From NCBI RefSeq assembly GCF_031312535.1, contig NZ_CP133594.1, positions 1,817,934 through 1,841,933 on the forward strand: DNA of 24,000 bases, read 5' to 3'. Under the pieces are notes generated by a model. It made no database searches. It was not told the origin of the DNA and saw nothing but the letters and a program-made list of their open reading frames with translations. Position numbers and translations under genes: made by a program. This document shows positions 13,990 through 24,000 of this stretch, piece after piece (within the stretch, counting starts at the first letter, position 1; each line of letters starts with the position of its first letter). The stretch comes from Methanolobus mangrovi (GTDB taxonomy: Archaea > Halobacteriota > Methanosarcinia > Methanosarcinales > Methanosarcinaceae).

Positions 13990-15135
13990 TTATTGTTCCA
14001 GTCCAAGGTGGACAGTCCTAAAATCAGAATCCCTCATTAGACAGGGGCCTGAAGTGAAAACAGGATCTTTGTATATATTTTTCCATATGGAAGCCAGGCT
14101 TTCCTCATGGATGTTACCATATGGTTTTGGCATGCATGCACATGGAAGTACATCCCCCTCAGGAGTTACATGAAGCCATTTTCTGCCTGCAAAACATCCC
14201 ATTTTCCTTATGATCTGAGGAATCGGGAAAACACGCGGCCCTTCAGCATGAGAAGTGCGCTCCACGAAATCATCGAACTTTTTCAGGCCTTCGGCTGAGA
14301 GGACTTCTTTTTCATGACCCAGCCATCTGCCGGTTGGGACTATTTCATAGAAAGAAAGTTCATGCACACCGAGTTTCTTTGCAAGCTCATAGAATTCGTC
14401 AAGTTCATCAACATTCCTAGGTGACAGAACAACGTAAATGCCAACCAGCAAGCCTGCATCCAGACCATTCTTTATGGCATTGACAGCATCATTGAACACG
14501 CCCGGCCTTCCACGCATGTAATCGTGACCTTCTTCATTTGCGCTGTCAAGGCTTACACTGAGCATGGAGAGACCCGCATTCTTAAGACTCAATGCACGCT
14601 GCGGAGTCATGCCAACACCGGACGTAAAAAGGCCCGGAATTGCGCGGGATTTGTCAACATAACTTATGAGATCCTCAAGGCCATCATATAACAGAGGTTC
14701 TCCACCATCAAATATAATGAGAGTTGTACCCATCTTCTGGGTTTGATCGATCACACTTTTCACAGCATCCGGACTGAGCCTTGCTTTGTTCTTAGTATCA
14801 GGAAGAGCACAGTGTATGCATCGGTTCGGGCACTCCTCTGTAATTGAAATTGTGATCTGTTCCGGAACGAATTTTCCCCTCATCGCACTCATCTGGCTTG
14901 AAACAAGCCTGTCAAATGCCTTGCTGGGTATAGGAGGCATCCAGGTGGAGTATATCAACTGGTCCTTTTCCACTTTAGAGGGTTTTGTATCCTCAAATAT
15001 CCCCATCATTTCCGAAACGTAAGAACCCATGATAGAGGAAGCAATACCGGAGGTTTTCATTTTTACCCGGTCATCCTCTATCTGGGCATAGACCTTGAAA
15101 AATGGATTCCTGTAAAAGTAATACTTGTTCTTCAT
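13990..15135 (-). CDS. Radical SAM enzyme with about 100-aa N-terminal extension and C-terminal SPASM/twitch-like Cys cluster
   Basis: 381 aa. It has the CxxxCxxC motif ITEECPNRCIHCALPD and a GGEPLL motif (IIFDGGEPLLY). The C-terminal cysteines run GCFAGRKWLHVTPEGDVLPCAC...GPC (C-x17-C-x-C...C). The ATG lies 3 nt after the stop of the upstream flavoprotein gene. Confidence 0.85.
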   Translation of the reverse strand: MKNKYYFYRNPFFKVYAQIEDDRVKMKTSGIASSIMGSYVSEMMGIFEDTKPSKVEKDQLIYSTWMPPIPSKAFDRLVSSQMSAMRGKFVPEQITISITEECPNRCIHCALPDTKNKARLSPDAVKSVIDQTQKMGTTLIIFDGGEPLLYDGLEDLISYVDKSRAIPGLFTSGVGMTPQRALSLKNAGLSMLSVSLDSANEEGHDYMRGRPGVFNDAVNAIKNGLDAGLLVGIYVVLSPRNVDELDEFYELAKKLGVHELSFYEIVPTGRWLGHEKEVLSAEGLKKFDDFVERTSHAEGPRVFPIPQIIRKMGCFAGRKWLHVTPEGDVLPCACMPKPYGNIHEESLASIWKNIYKDPVFTSGPCLMRDSDFRTVHLGLEQ

Positions 15136-15138
15136 TGC

Positions 15139-16296
15139 TCACTTCGTCCTGAAGATAGCCCTGTATGAAAGTATAGATGAAGGGTTATTTTTCAATATCA
15201 TTTTTGATACCTGTAATGCCTGGTTAAAAGGAGTTCCGCCAAGAACCTTCAAATCCTCTCCTTCAAAGACCTTCATAAGCTCATCAATCTCTTTATCATT
15301 CATTTTCCTGAGAGTCTCCATGGCAAACCTTCCAAGGTAGTACTCAGTCCTGTATGCGGCATTCCAGCGTTTCCTGTATTCCGAAAGGAAACTCTTTGAC
15401 AGATTACCTTTGGCAATTGCATCGGCAGCAACATCCCCACACATCTGGCCTGCATGCATCCCGTATCCTATACCTGACTGGGCAGCAGAACCACCGGTAA
15501 TCATGACGCCGTCAGCGACTATCTCACCTGGAATTGCAACTATAGGATCACCACCTACAGATTTACTGATGATCTTTACTTCATCAAGCCCTTTTAATGT
15601 CTTGAACTTTTCAAGCCATGCATCGAAGAAATCAGAAACATCCTTTCCATGCCTGCGGACATACATACCAAGAGTTGCCCTGTTGCCACCACATGGAGAA
15701 TAAGTGGATTTCCACCCTGGTGCATGGTTGCCCACGTAATATTCGAACATATCAGGCTCCCCAATGCCTTCAGCCTCTATCTCCGCTTCAAGTGACCAGG
15801 CAATGTCCTGAGGATATTTGATAGGTTTCATACCCAGAAGGGCACCTATCCTGGAATTTATACCATCTGAAACAATAACTAGCTTACACTTTATCTTTCC
15901 TTTTGAGGTGCTTACTGTGAAAACGCCATCTGAACGCAGAACATTAAGAACTTCGATTCCGAAGCGAACGTCTACACCTGCTTCTTCTGCCTGGCGAATG
16001 TAAAATTCATCGAATTTCTTCCGGTCAAGGAAATAAGCATCGCCTTCAAAAATGACATTCTTGCCGGATGGTGCTATTATATAGGCACCTTTGAGATTCT
16101 TAATAACATAACTCTGGTCAACTTCCTCGCCTGTCCGGTCAAACATCCCTTTGAAAAAAGTGTTTGCCGGATGAGTAGGTACACCTGCGGCTTCTTTTTT
16201 ATCGAGAAGGAGTACTTTGCAGCCTTTAGCTGATGCATTCCGTGCTGCCATGACCCCTGCAGGGGAAGCCCCTATTACAATGATATCTGCATCCAT
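15139..16296 (-). CDS. FAD-dependent oxidoreductase of the geranylgeranyl reductase (FixC/ChlP) family, divergent
   Basis: 385 aa. The N-terminal dinucleotide fold is DIIVIGASPAGVMAARNASAKGCKVLLLDKK. GGR-like middle segments are present (LDRKKFDEFYIRQAEEAGV, LVIVSDGINSRI). GAGGT SD lies 7 nt upstream of the ATG, 16 nt after the UbiA gene stop. Confidence 0.8.
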   Translation of the reverse strand: MDADIIVIGASPAGVMAARNASAKGCKVLLLDKKEAAGVPTHPANTFFKGMFDRTGEEVDQSYVIKNLKGAYIIAPSGKNVIFEGDAYFLDRKKFDEFYIRQAEEAGVDVRFGIEVLNVLRSDGVFTVSTSKGKIKCKLVIVSDGINSRIGALLGMKPIKYPQDIAWSLEAEIEAEGIGEPDMFEYYVGNHAPGWKSTYSPCGGNRATLGMYVRRHGKDVSDFFDAWLEKFKTLKGLDEVKIISKSVGGDPIVAIPGEIVADGVMITGGSAAQSGIGYGMHAGQMCGDVAADAIAKGNLSKSFLSEYRKRWNAAYRTEYYLGRFAMETLRKMNDKEIDELMKVFEGEDLKVLGGTPFNQALQVSKMILKNNPSSILSYRAIFRTK

Positions 16297-16312
16297 TTTG
16301 AACCTCGTGAAG

Positions 16313-17269
16313 TTACCATAAGATACCGGAGTATGCCGGTACGAGTATGCAAAGTATTACATCAAGTATGAGAGAACCAAACATGACACCTCTGTATCTT
16401 GAGCCCTGAAGGAACAGTTGTCCGCCACGCTGCTCTGTCGGATTCTTTATAAAATCGAATGATTGTGTAAGTATCCAGCCACCTGCCAGCAGTGCACCTG
16501 CAAAGTATATAGGACCTATCTTTGCAGTAATTCCGATGGCTATGGAAGCTATTATTCCTACTACCCACATTAGAGTTACAAACCTAGAGGTTGCCGGAAC
16601 TCCGTATGTTACCGGAAAAGTCGGTGCGCCCCTTGCCCTGTCGCCTTCTACATCCCTTGCAACACCGGACAGAGTGAAACCCCAGTCAGTGAAACACATC
16701 ATCAAGCCAAGGAATATAGCAGGGAGTGGGAGTATTGAACCATAGGAAGGTTCCTTGAGAATCCCTGCCGGATCGAATGCCAGCCAGATACCTATAGGTA
16801 CAAGTCCGTAAGCTATCCCCACAGGTACGAAACTAAGAAATGTCAGCCTTTTTGCAAGTTTTGAGTATATACTTATAGTGACGACTGCTATCACCAGCAC
16901 CACAAAAGATTCAGGATTAAGATAGAGAGCTGCCACACTTGCTATTAAAAACAACAGACCTGCATACTTCATAGCCTGTCCGCGACTTAGCTTATCAGAC
17001 ACCAACGGACGGTTTGGAAGGTTTATCTGATCAATATCAACATCACAACAGTCATTATATACATAAGAACTTGTGATCGCTGCATACCCTCCGATAACAG
17101 CTATGATGAAAAGAATTGGGTCCGGCAGTACCCCTATTGTAAGATAGGATGCCAGCAGAGCACTCGCTGCAGGAAGGGCTAAATCCATATCCGCTATCTC
17201 CGGCCTTAACATTTCCAGATAGGGATTTCTCGTTTTTGAACCTGAAGTGGAAACCAAGTATATCACCAA
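16313..17269 (-). CDS. UbiA-superfamily aromatic/isoprenoid prenyltransferase (polytopic membrane protein)
   Basis: 318 aa with about 8-9 hydrophobic segments. The first Asp-rich motif is NDCCDVDIDQINLPNRPL and the second is ARDVEGDRARG. The tracked start is TTG 17269. The conserved YLEMLRP helix requires a start upstream of the first ATG. Confidence 0.85.
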   Translation of the reverse strand: MVIYLVSTSGSKTRNPYLEMLRPEIADMDLALPAASALLASYLTIGVLPDPILFIIAVIGGYAAITSSYVYNDCCDVDIDQINLPNRPLVSDKLSRGQAMKYAGLLFLIASVAALYLNPESFVVLVIAVVTISIYSKLAKRLTFLSFVPVGIAYGLVPIGIWLAFDPAGILKEPSYGSILPLPAIFLGLMMCFTDWGFTLSGVARDVEGDRARGAPTFPVTYGVPATSRFVTLMWVVGIIASIAIGITAKIGPIYFAGALLAGGWILTQSFDFIKNPTEQRGGQLFLQGSRYRGVMFGSLILDVILCILVPAYSGILW

Positions 17270-17371
17270 TAGATTATAGCTCCTAATTTCCAGTATCGTA
17301 TATTAGTATTAGGGTGGTCTGACTAAAAATGAGTCATACAGGTCTAAAATAAAAAATAATTGGACAATAAG

Positions 17372-17412
17372 AACCTGAGTATCAGATGATAATCAGGTTT
17401 TATTTCCTTTTT
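17372..17412 (-). terminator. Hairpin with flanking T-tracts downstream of tgtA
   Basis: AACCTGA...TCAGGTT forms a 7-bp outer stem (17372-17378 / 17393-17399), with an inner TATCA/TGATA stem. T-rich runs follow on both strands (TTTATTTCCTTTTT on plus, TTATTTTTTATTTT on minus). Confidence 0.4.
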
Positions 17413-17427
17413 GAGATGAGATCGACT

Positions 17428-18897
17428 TCACTCTTTTTGGGAAGAGACAACTGTAAAGTTATCCATCTTTTCGAGTTTTTCAACAAGAGGATGCCCTAAT
17501 TTGTCCTGCATCAGGAAAGTGAACTTTGCATTGGGGTTCAGCTCCACAAGCCTGATAGTGTTCTCATAAGCACTCTCGAGGGATTCATAATCAGGAGTTC
17601 TTACAATTTCCGCATTGAACGGATAAACCTCTGCAAGTTCCTGCGGATAAGACCCGAATGGTGGTTTGAATATCAGGACGTTGTCATAATCACTGTCCCT
17701 TTTTGTCGGGTAAGTCCTTATCAAAGCCGAACCTTCTATGGTGAACCTTTCAAGCTGCCTGTTAAAGCGCAGGACTTCCGGACGTTTGGCAGACTCAGGA
17801 CCACAATAGAAGAATGTAGATTTGGATGAAGGGTCACACTCTTCCATCCATGGAGAATATGTGTACATCTGCTTAAGGGCTTCAAGCATTCGTGGATGAG
17901 CACGGCATCTCTGCTCTACAAGTTCAAGGAGATTGCCTTCCCATATAGCCTGTTTGACCTCACGAACCTCTTCAAAAGTCACATAAAGGTTGTGCCTGGC
18001 AAGAAGCTCGGTGCAGTTGTGGGCCGTTTTCAGTTCTTCCGCTGTGTGAGTCATACATACCGGACAGGAACATGGCAGGTATTTGAGCTTGTCCACATGA
18101 TATGTTCCTCTTGAAGTAATGTAACGCCTGTCCTTTGCATAGAGCGCATATGCAGCAGAATCGAAGAGATCACATCCAAGGGCAACGGCCAATGCGAACA
18201 TCATCGGGTGTCCGGCACCAAAAAGATGGACAGGTGCTGTAGGGTCGAGTCCTTTTTTAGCAGAAGCAATTACATCTACAAGATCGGCATAACGGTAGGA
18301 TTCCATCAGTGGAACCACAGCTCCGAATGGATATACATCAAAACCTATTTCTGAAAGCTCACGGGCACACTCCTCCCGGAGATCCTTGTAAATAGCACCC
18401 TGCACAGGACCTGCCAGAAGCATGTCACCTTTCACAAGTTCCCTTGCTTCCTTGAGACGCTGTATTGTAATATCCATATCTTCCTTTGCCTTTTCATAAG
18501 ACACGTCAGGATGTGTAGGAATATCCAGAGGAACGCCTATATCTGTTCCTATTTTTTGCTGGAAATCAATGATCATTTCATTAGTGACCTCCACTTCACC
18601 ATAGACTGATAACTGGAATGAACCGGAATCGGTCATGAGAGGACCATCGAAATCAAGAAGTGCATGAAGACCATCTTTGAGAGCCTTCTCCCTTAATTCA
18701 TCCTTACGGTAGATAATGTATGAGTTGGTGATAAGTATCTCAGCACCGAACTCCCTCATCTCGGAGGGTTTTATTGTCTGGATATTAGGATTAATGACAG
18801 GCATTACAGTAGGAGTTTCAACCACTCCGTGTGGAGTTGTCAGCTTACCGATACGCCCTGCTGCATCCTTATGAATTATATCAAATTGTGATGACAT
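17428..18897 (-). CDS. tgtA: Archaeosine tRNA-guanine transglycosylase (tRNA-guanine(15) transglycosylase)
   Basis: 489 aa. The N-terminus is DAAGRIGKLTTPHGVVETPTVMPVINPN. Further TGT motifs are LMTDSGSFQ, GVPLDIP, LFGAGHPMMFALAVALGCDLFDSAAY and the zinc motif CSCPVC..H. The length suggests the version without a full C-terminal PUA region. Confidence 0.92.
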   Translation of the reverse strand: MSSQFDIIHKDAAGRIGKLTTPHGVVETPTVMPVINPNIQTIKPSEMREFGAEILITNSYIIYRKDELREKALKDGLHALLDFDGPLMTDSGSFQLSVYGEVEVTNEMIIDFQQKIGTDIGVPLDIPTHPDVSYEKAKEDMDITIQRLKEARELVKGDMLLAGPVQGAIYKDLREECARELSEIGFDVYPFGAVVPLMESYRYADLVDVIASAKKGLDPTAPVHLFGAGHPMMFALAVALGCDLFDSAAYALYAKDRRYITSRGTYHVDKLKYLPCSCPVCMTHTAEELKTAHNCTELLARHNLYVTFEEVREVKQAIWEGNLLELVEQRCRAHPRMLEALKQMYTYSPWMEECDPSSKSTFFYCGPESAKRPEVLRFNRQLERFTIEGSALIRTYPTKRDSDYDNVLIFKPPFGSYPQELAEVYPFNAEIVRTPDYESLESAYENTIRLVELNPNAKFTFLMQDKLGHPLVEKLEKMDNFTVVSSQKE

Positions 18898-19036
18898 GAG
18901 CTTTTAGATGATAGTTAAGATATATTTAAGCTTCCTTTCAGGAACCTAAACTCAGAATTTACAATCTCAAATGAAAGAGGAGCAGAAGGAATATTCCATG
19001 ATATAATTTATAAAGTAACAGGAATTATTATAGTAT
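18898..19036. promoter_or_regulatory. Divergent promoter region tgtA / trkH with TATA-like boxes about 27-28 nt from each ATG (leaderless-type spacing)
   Basis: TTTATAAA at 19007-19014 precedes the trkH ATG at 19037. CTTAAATATATC on the minus strand (about 18919-18930) precedes the tgtA ATG at 18897. Neither gene has an SD motif. Confidence 0.4.
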
Positions 19037-20494
19037 ATGTACGAGCTACACTCGCCTGTTAACCACAAAGCTGTAGCAAAGTACATGGGATATTATCTTA
19101 TAGCTTTCACTTTTGTATTGGTTGTCCCGACAATTGCTGCATTGATCCTAGGAAATGTAGAAGCTGCCATAGATTATGGAAGCACTGCTGCAGTAGTATT
19201 CATAATTGGAACAGTTATTTATCGAGCTCTTCCTGATTATGAGCTTGAAACAAAGGAAGCACTCATCATTGTTGCACTGGTTTTTCCAATCTCTGCACTT
19301 CTTAGTGCAATACCAATGTCGCTTACAACAGGAATGACTTTTATTGATGCTTATTTTGAAAGTGTGTCAGCTGTTACGACAACTGGGCTCAGTGTTGCAC
19401 CACCAGATGTCGGACCGGTGTTCCTGTTTGCGCGTTCCTGGGGACAGTGGGTAGGAGGAATTGGAATAATCCTTGTGGTACTTTCTGTCCTTATCAGACC
19501 GGGAACTACTGCATCGAGGATGTACAAGGCAAACTATGGAGATATGAAGATCAAACCAACTGTGATAGCCACCACCCGTACACTTGGAAAAGTTTACATA
19601 ATTATAACATTGGTGTCCATAATATTGCTTTTAATGAGTGGTATGTCACTTTTTGATTCTATATGCCACGCCCTTTGTTGTGTGTCAACCGGCGGATTTT
19701 CAACACGTGCTGAAAGTATAGGTGCATACCAGGGAAGCCTTATACCCGCAGCCATTAGCATATCGTGTCTCCTGGGAGCGGTTAGTTTTGTACTCTACCC
19801 ATACCTCTTCAAGAAGCCAGAGAAATTCTTCAAAAATCTTGAACTCAGGGCTTTCCTTGCCTTTACAACTATAGGAGTAATTCTTTTTGCTTTTACTCTT
19901 GCAAAAGAAAATATGGAGTACAATTTGATCAAGGATAGTCTTTTCCAGGTAATATCTGCAGTTAGCACAGCAGGTTTTTCTACAGTAGACCTTTCCATAT
20001 TATCTGATGCTTCTAAAGCGGTGTTGATATTCATGATGTGGATAGGAGGTAACATAGGATCAACAGCTGGCGGAATTAAGGTTTTCAGAGTACTTTTGCT
20101 CTTTAAAGTGGTACACAATGTGTTGTTGAGATTGTTCCTGCCCAGGGAGACGCTTACACCCATTAAAATAGAGGAACACATTGTAGAGAGTGATGAAATC
20201 TACAATCTTGTGACTTTCATGCTGCTTTACACATTGATACTGGTTGTATCATCCTTTATTTTCATGCTTTATGGAGTGAATACAAATAATTCCGTATTCG
20301 AAGTATCAAGCGCTTTAAGCACTGTGGGACTTTCAGCAGGAGTCACAAGCACTGCAATGCCTGTCACCCTTAAGTTAGTACTGATAATTGACATGTTGTT
20401 TGGAAGAATCGAGATAATACCACTTATACTACTTTTCATGCCAGGAACATGGATAAAAATAAAAAGAGTAAATAAAAGGAGTGGTGAAATATGA
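19037..20494 (+). CDS. trkH: TrkH/KtrB-family potassium transporter membrane subunit
   Basis: 485 aa and polytopic. It has the repeated pore-loop signatures typical of TrkH (SAVTTTGLS, CVSTGGFS, SAVSTAGFS, SALSTVGLS). Confidence 0.9.
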   Translation: MYELHSPVNHKAVAKYMGYYLIAFTFVLVVPTIAALILGNVEAAIDYGSTAAVVFIIGTVIYRALPDYELETKEALIIVALVFPISALLSAIPMSLTTGMTFIDAYFESVSAVTTTGLSVAPPDVGPVFLFARSWGQWVGGIGIILVVLSVLIRPGTTASRMYKANYGDMKIKPTVIATTRTLGKVYIIITLVSIILLLMSGMSLFDSICHALCCVSTGGFSTRAESIGAYQGSLIPAAISISCLLGAVSFVLYPYLFKKPEKFFKNLELRAFLAFTTIGVILFAFTLAKENMEYNLIKDSLFQVISAVSTAGFSTVDLSILSDASKAVLIFMMWIGGNIGSTAGGIKVFRVLLLFKVVHNVLLRLFLPRETLTPIKIEEHIVESDEIYNLVTFMLLYTLILVVSSFIFMLYGVNTNNSVFEVSSALSTVGLSAGVTSTAMPVTLKLVLIIDMLFGRIEIIPLILLFMPGTWIKIKRVNKRSGEI

Positions 20495-21150
20495 GAGTAA
20501 TCGTAGTTGGCGCCGGTTCACTGGGAATAAATCTCACGAAAAATATGATCCAGCAGGGTAAAGAAGTAATACTGATAGAGAAAGATGAATCCATAGCCAA
20601 AGAACTGGCAGAGACCCTGGATTGTACAGTTATAAATGCAGAAGGTACAAGGCCGGATATATTAGAAAAAGCAGACATATCTAATGCAGATGCAGTTGTT
20701 GCCTGCACAAACATTGATCAGAATAATATCCTCATCGGCCTGATAGCCAGAGATGCAAAGGTTGAGAAAGTTATTCTGAAGATAGATGACAGGCAGTTCA
20801 TGGATGTTGCAAACAAACTTGGATTTTATTATATGATAAATCCCTCAAGCATATCTTCCAGATACATCTCTGATGTCCTTAGAGGTATTAACACAATTGA
20901 ACTGAGTAATCTGGTGCGTTCTGATGTGCGTTTTATGGGAGTGATGGCTACCGATCAGGTAATAGATATGAAATTATCAGAGATATCGTTACCTGAAAAT
21001 AGTGCATTCATAGGCATTTATCGCAAAGATGAATTCATCCTTGCAGAAAAAGATCCTAAATTACATGAAAAGGATGAACTTATACTGGTTACCAGAGCAG
21101 ATTTGATTAACAATGTCAACGAGGCTCTTGGAAGAAATATAAAGACATGA
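20491..21150 (+). CDS. trkA: TrkA-type potassium uptake regulatory subunit (RCK N + C domains)
   Basis: 219 aa. An ATGA overlap joins it to the trkH stop. The Rossmann motif MRVIVVGAGSLGINL is followed by a TrkA_C-like C-terminal half. Confidence 0.85.
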   Translation: MRVIVVGAGSLGINLTKNMIQQGKEVILIEKDESIAKELAETLDCTVINAEGTRPDILEKADISNADAVVACTNIDQNNILIGLIARDAKVEKVILKIDDRQFMDVANKLGFYYMINPSSISSRYISDVLRGINTIELSNLVRSDVRFMGVMATDQVIDMKLSEISLPENSAFIGIYRKDEFILAEKDPKLHEKDELILVTRADLINNVNEALGRNIKT

Positions 21151-21282
21151 ATAAATTTGCCACACGCATGCATACTCAGAAGAAAATAACATAAGTAGTT
21201 AACATAAAACAAACAAAAGTAAGAATAACAAATAGATTAGCTGTAGTAAAAACCAGTTAGAAAAAGTTATTGTTTATGAGTG

Positions 21283-21405
21283 AGTTGGCAGCGATCCAGA
21301 GTTCCCGAAGACTCTCGTACTTCAGTACAGTAAGGAACGCTGGCGGGCTTATCTTCTGTGTTCGGGATGGGTACAGGAATCTCCCCGCCGCTATGGCCGC
21401 CAAAC
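21283..21405 (-). rRNA. 5S: 5S rRNA
   Basis: The reverse complement reads TTGGCGGCCATAGCGGCGGGGAGATTCCTGTACCCATCCCGAACACAGAAGATAAGCCCGCCAGCGTTCC...GGATCGCTGCCAA. The terminal helix is UUGGCGGC/GCUGCCAA. Oligo-T runs follow on the minus strand. The ends are approximate to within a few nt. Confidence 0.9.
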
Positions 21406-21432
21406 TCTCTCATAATGAATAGTAAATGGTAA

Positions 21433-21504
21433 AGCCAAGGTCCGGATTCGAACCGGAATGGAATCGCTCTGCAGGCGATTGCGTAGCCGCTCCGCCACCT
21501 TGGC
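21433..21504 (-). tRNA. tRNA-Cys(GCA): tRNA-Cys (anticodon GCA)
   Basis: The reverse complement is GCCAAGG-TG-GCGG-AGCGGCTA-CGCA-A-TCGCC-TGCAGAG-GCGAT... It folds as a cloverleaf with acceptor GCCAAGG/CCTTGGC, anticodon stem ATCGC/GCGAT, loop CTGCAGA and T arm TCCGG-TTCGAAT-CCGGA. The discriminator is U, as expected for tRNA-Cys. No CCA is encoded. Confidence 0.93.
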
Positions 21505-21597
21505 AACAAGCGATTCATAAATGAATCAATTACACTTATACTTTACCTTGAGTTCGTGTATATTAAACATGCACATATCAGATTTCGCCTGGACAAA

Positions 21598-24000
<2,403 letters not shown>

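Noticed and set aside
19795-20181. 128-aa minus-strand ORF inside trkH
   Set aside because: It is antisense to the TrkH gene, which shows all four pore-loop repeats in the sense frame.

Overview
The window is a chromosomal segment of a methanogenic archaeon, probably Methanosarcinales. That assignment is an inference from gene content: F420-dependent methylene-H4MPT dehydrogenase (mtd), O-phosphoseryl-tRNA synthetase (sepS), archaeosine tRNA-guanine transglycosylase, Hef nuclease, a PAC2 proteasome chaperone and archaeal-type 23S/5S rRNA. GGTGAT Shine-Dalgarno motifs and TATA-like boxes about 27 nt upstream of several ATGs fit the same picture. I support about 26 protein genes plus the 3' tail of an rRNA operon on the minus strand (23S partial, tRNA-Cys, 5S). 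Most genes are housekeeping: hef, sepS, nfi, mtd, serB, tgtA and trkHA. Two blocks stand out. (1) 8475..12078 (minus) is a tightly coupled six-gene operon with unmistakable similarity to the bacterial stressosome: a PAS-STAS RsbR-like protein, RsbS, RsbT, a second RsbT paralog and an RsbX-type PP2C phosphatase. It ends in a histidine kinase whose N-terminus resembles the RsbT-binding domain of RsbU. Archaea have no sigma factors, so the classical sigma-B output cannot apply, and no response regulator is adjacent. The RsbX/kinase junction is also anomalous (in-frame TGA, missing start codon). (2) 13990..17269 (minus) is an operon of a UbiA prenyltransferase, a divergent geranylgeranyl-reductase-family flavoprotein and a radical SAM enzyme, a candidate isoprenoid-cofactor or lipid tailoring module of unknown product. 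I found no CRISPR array, transposase, integrase or other mobile element. All family assignments come from reading the translations and remembered family motifs, and no database search was run.
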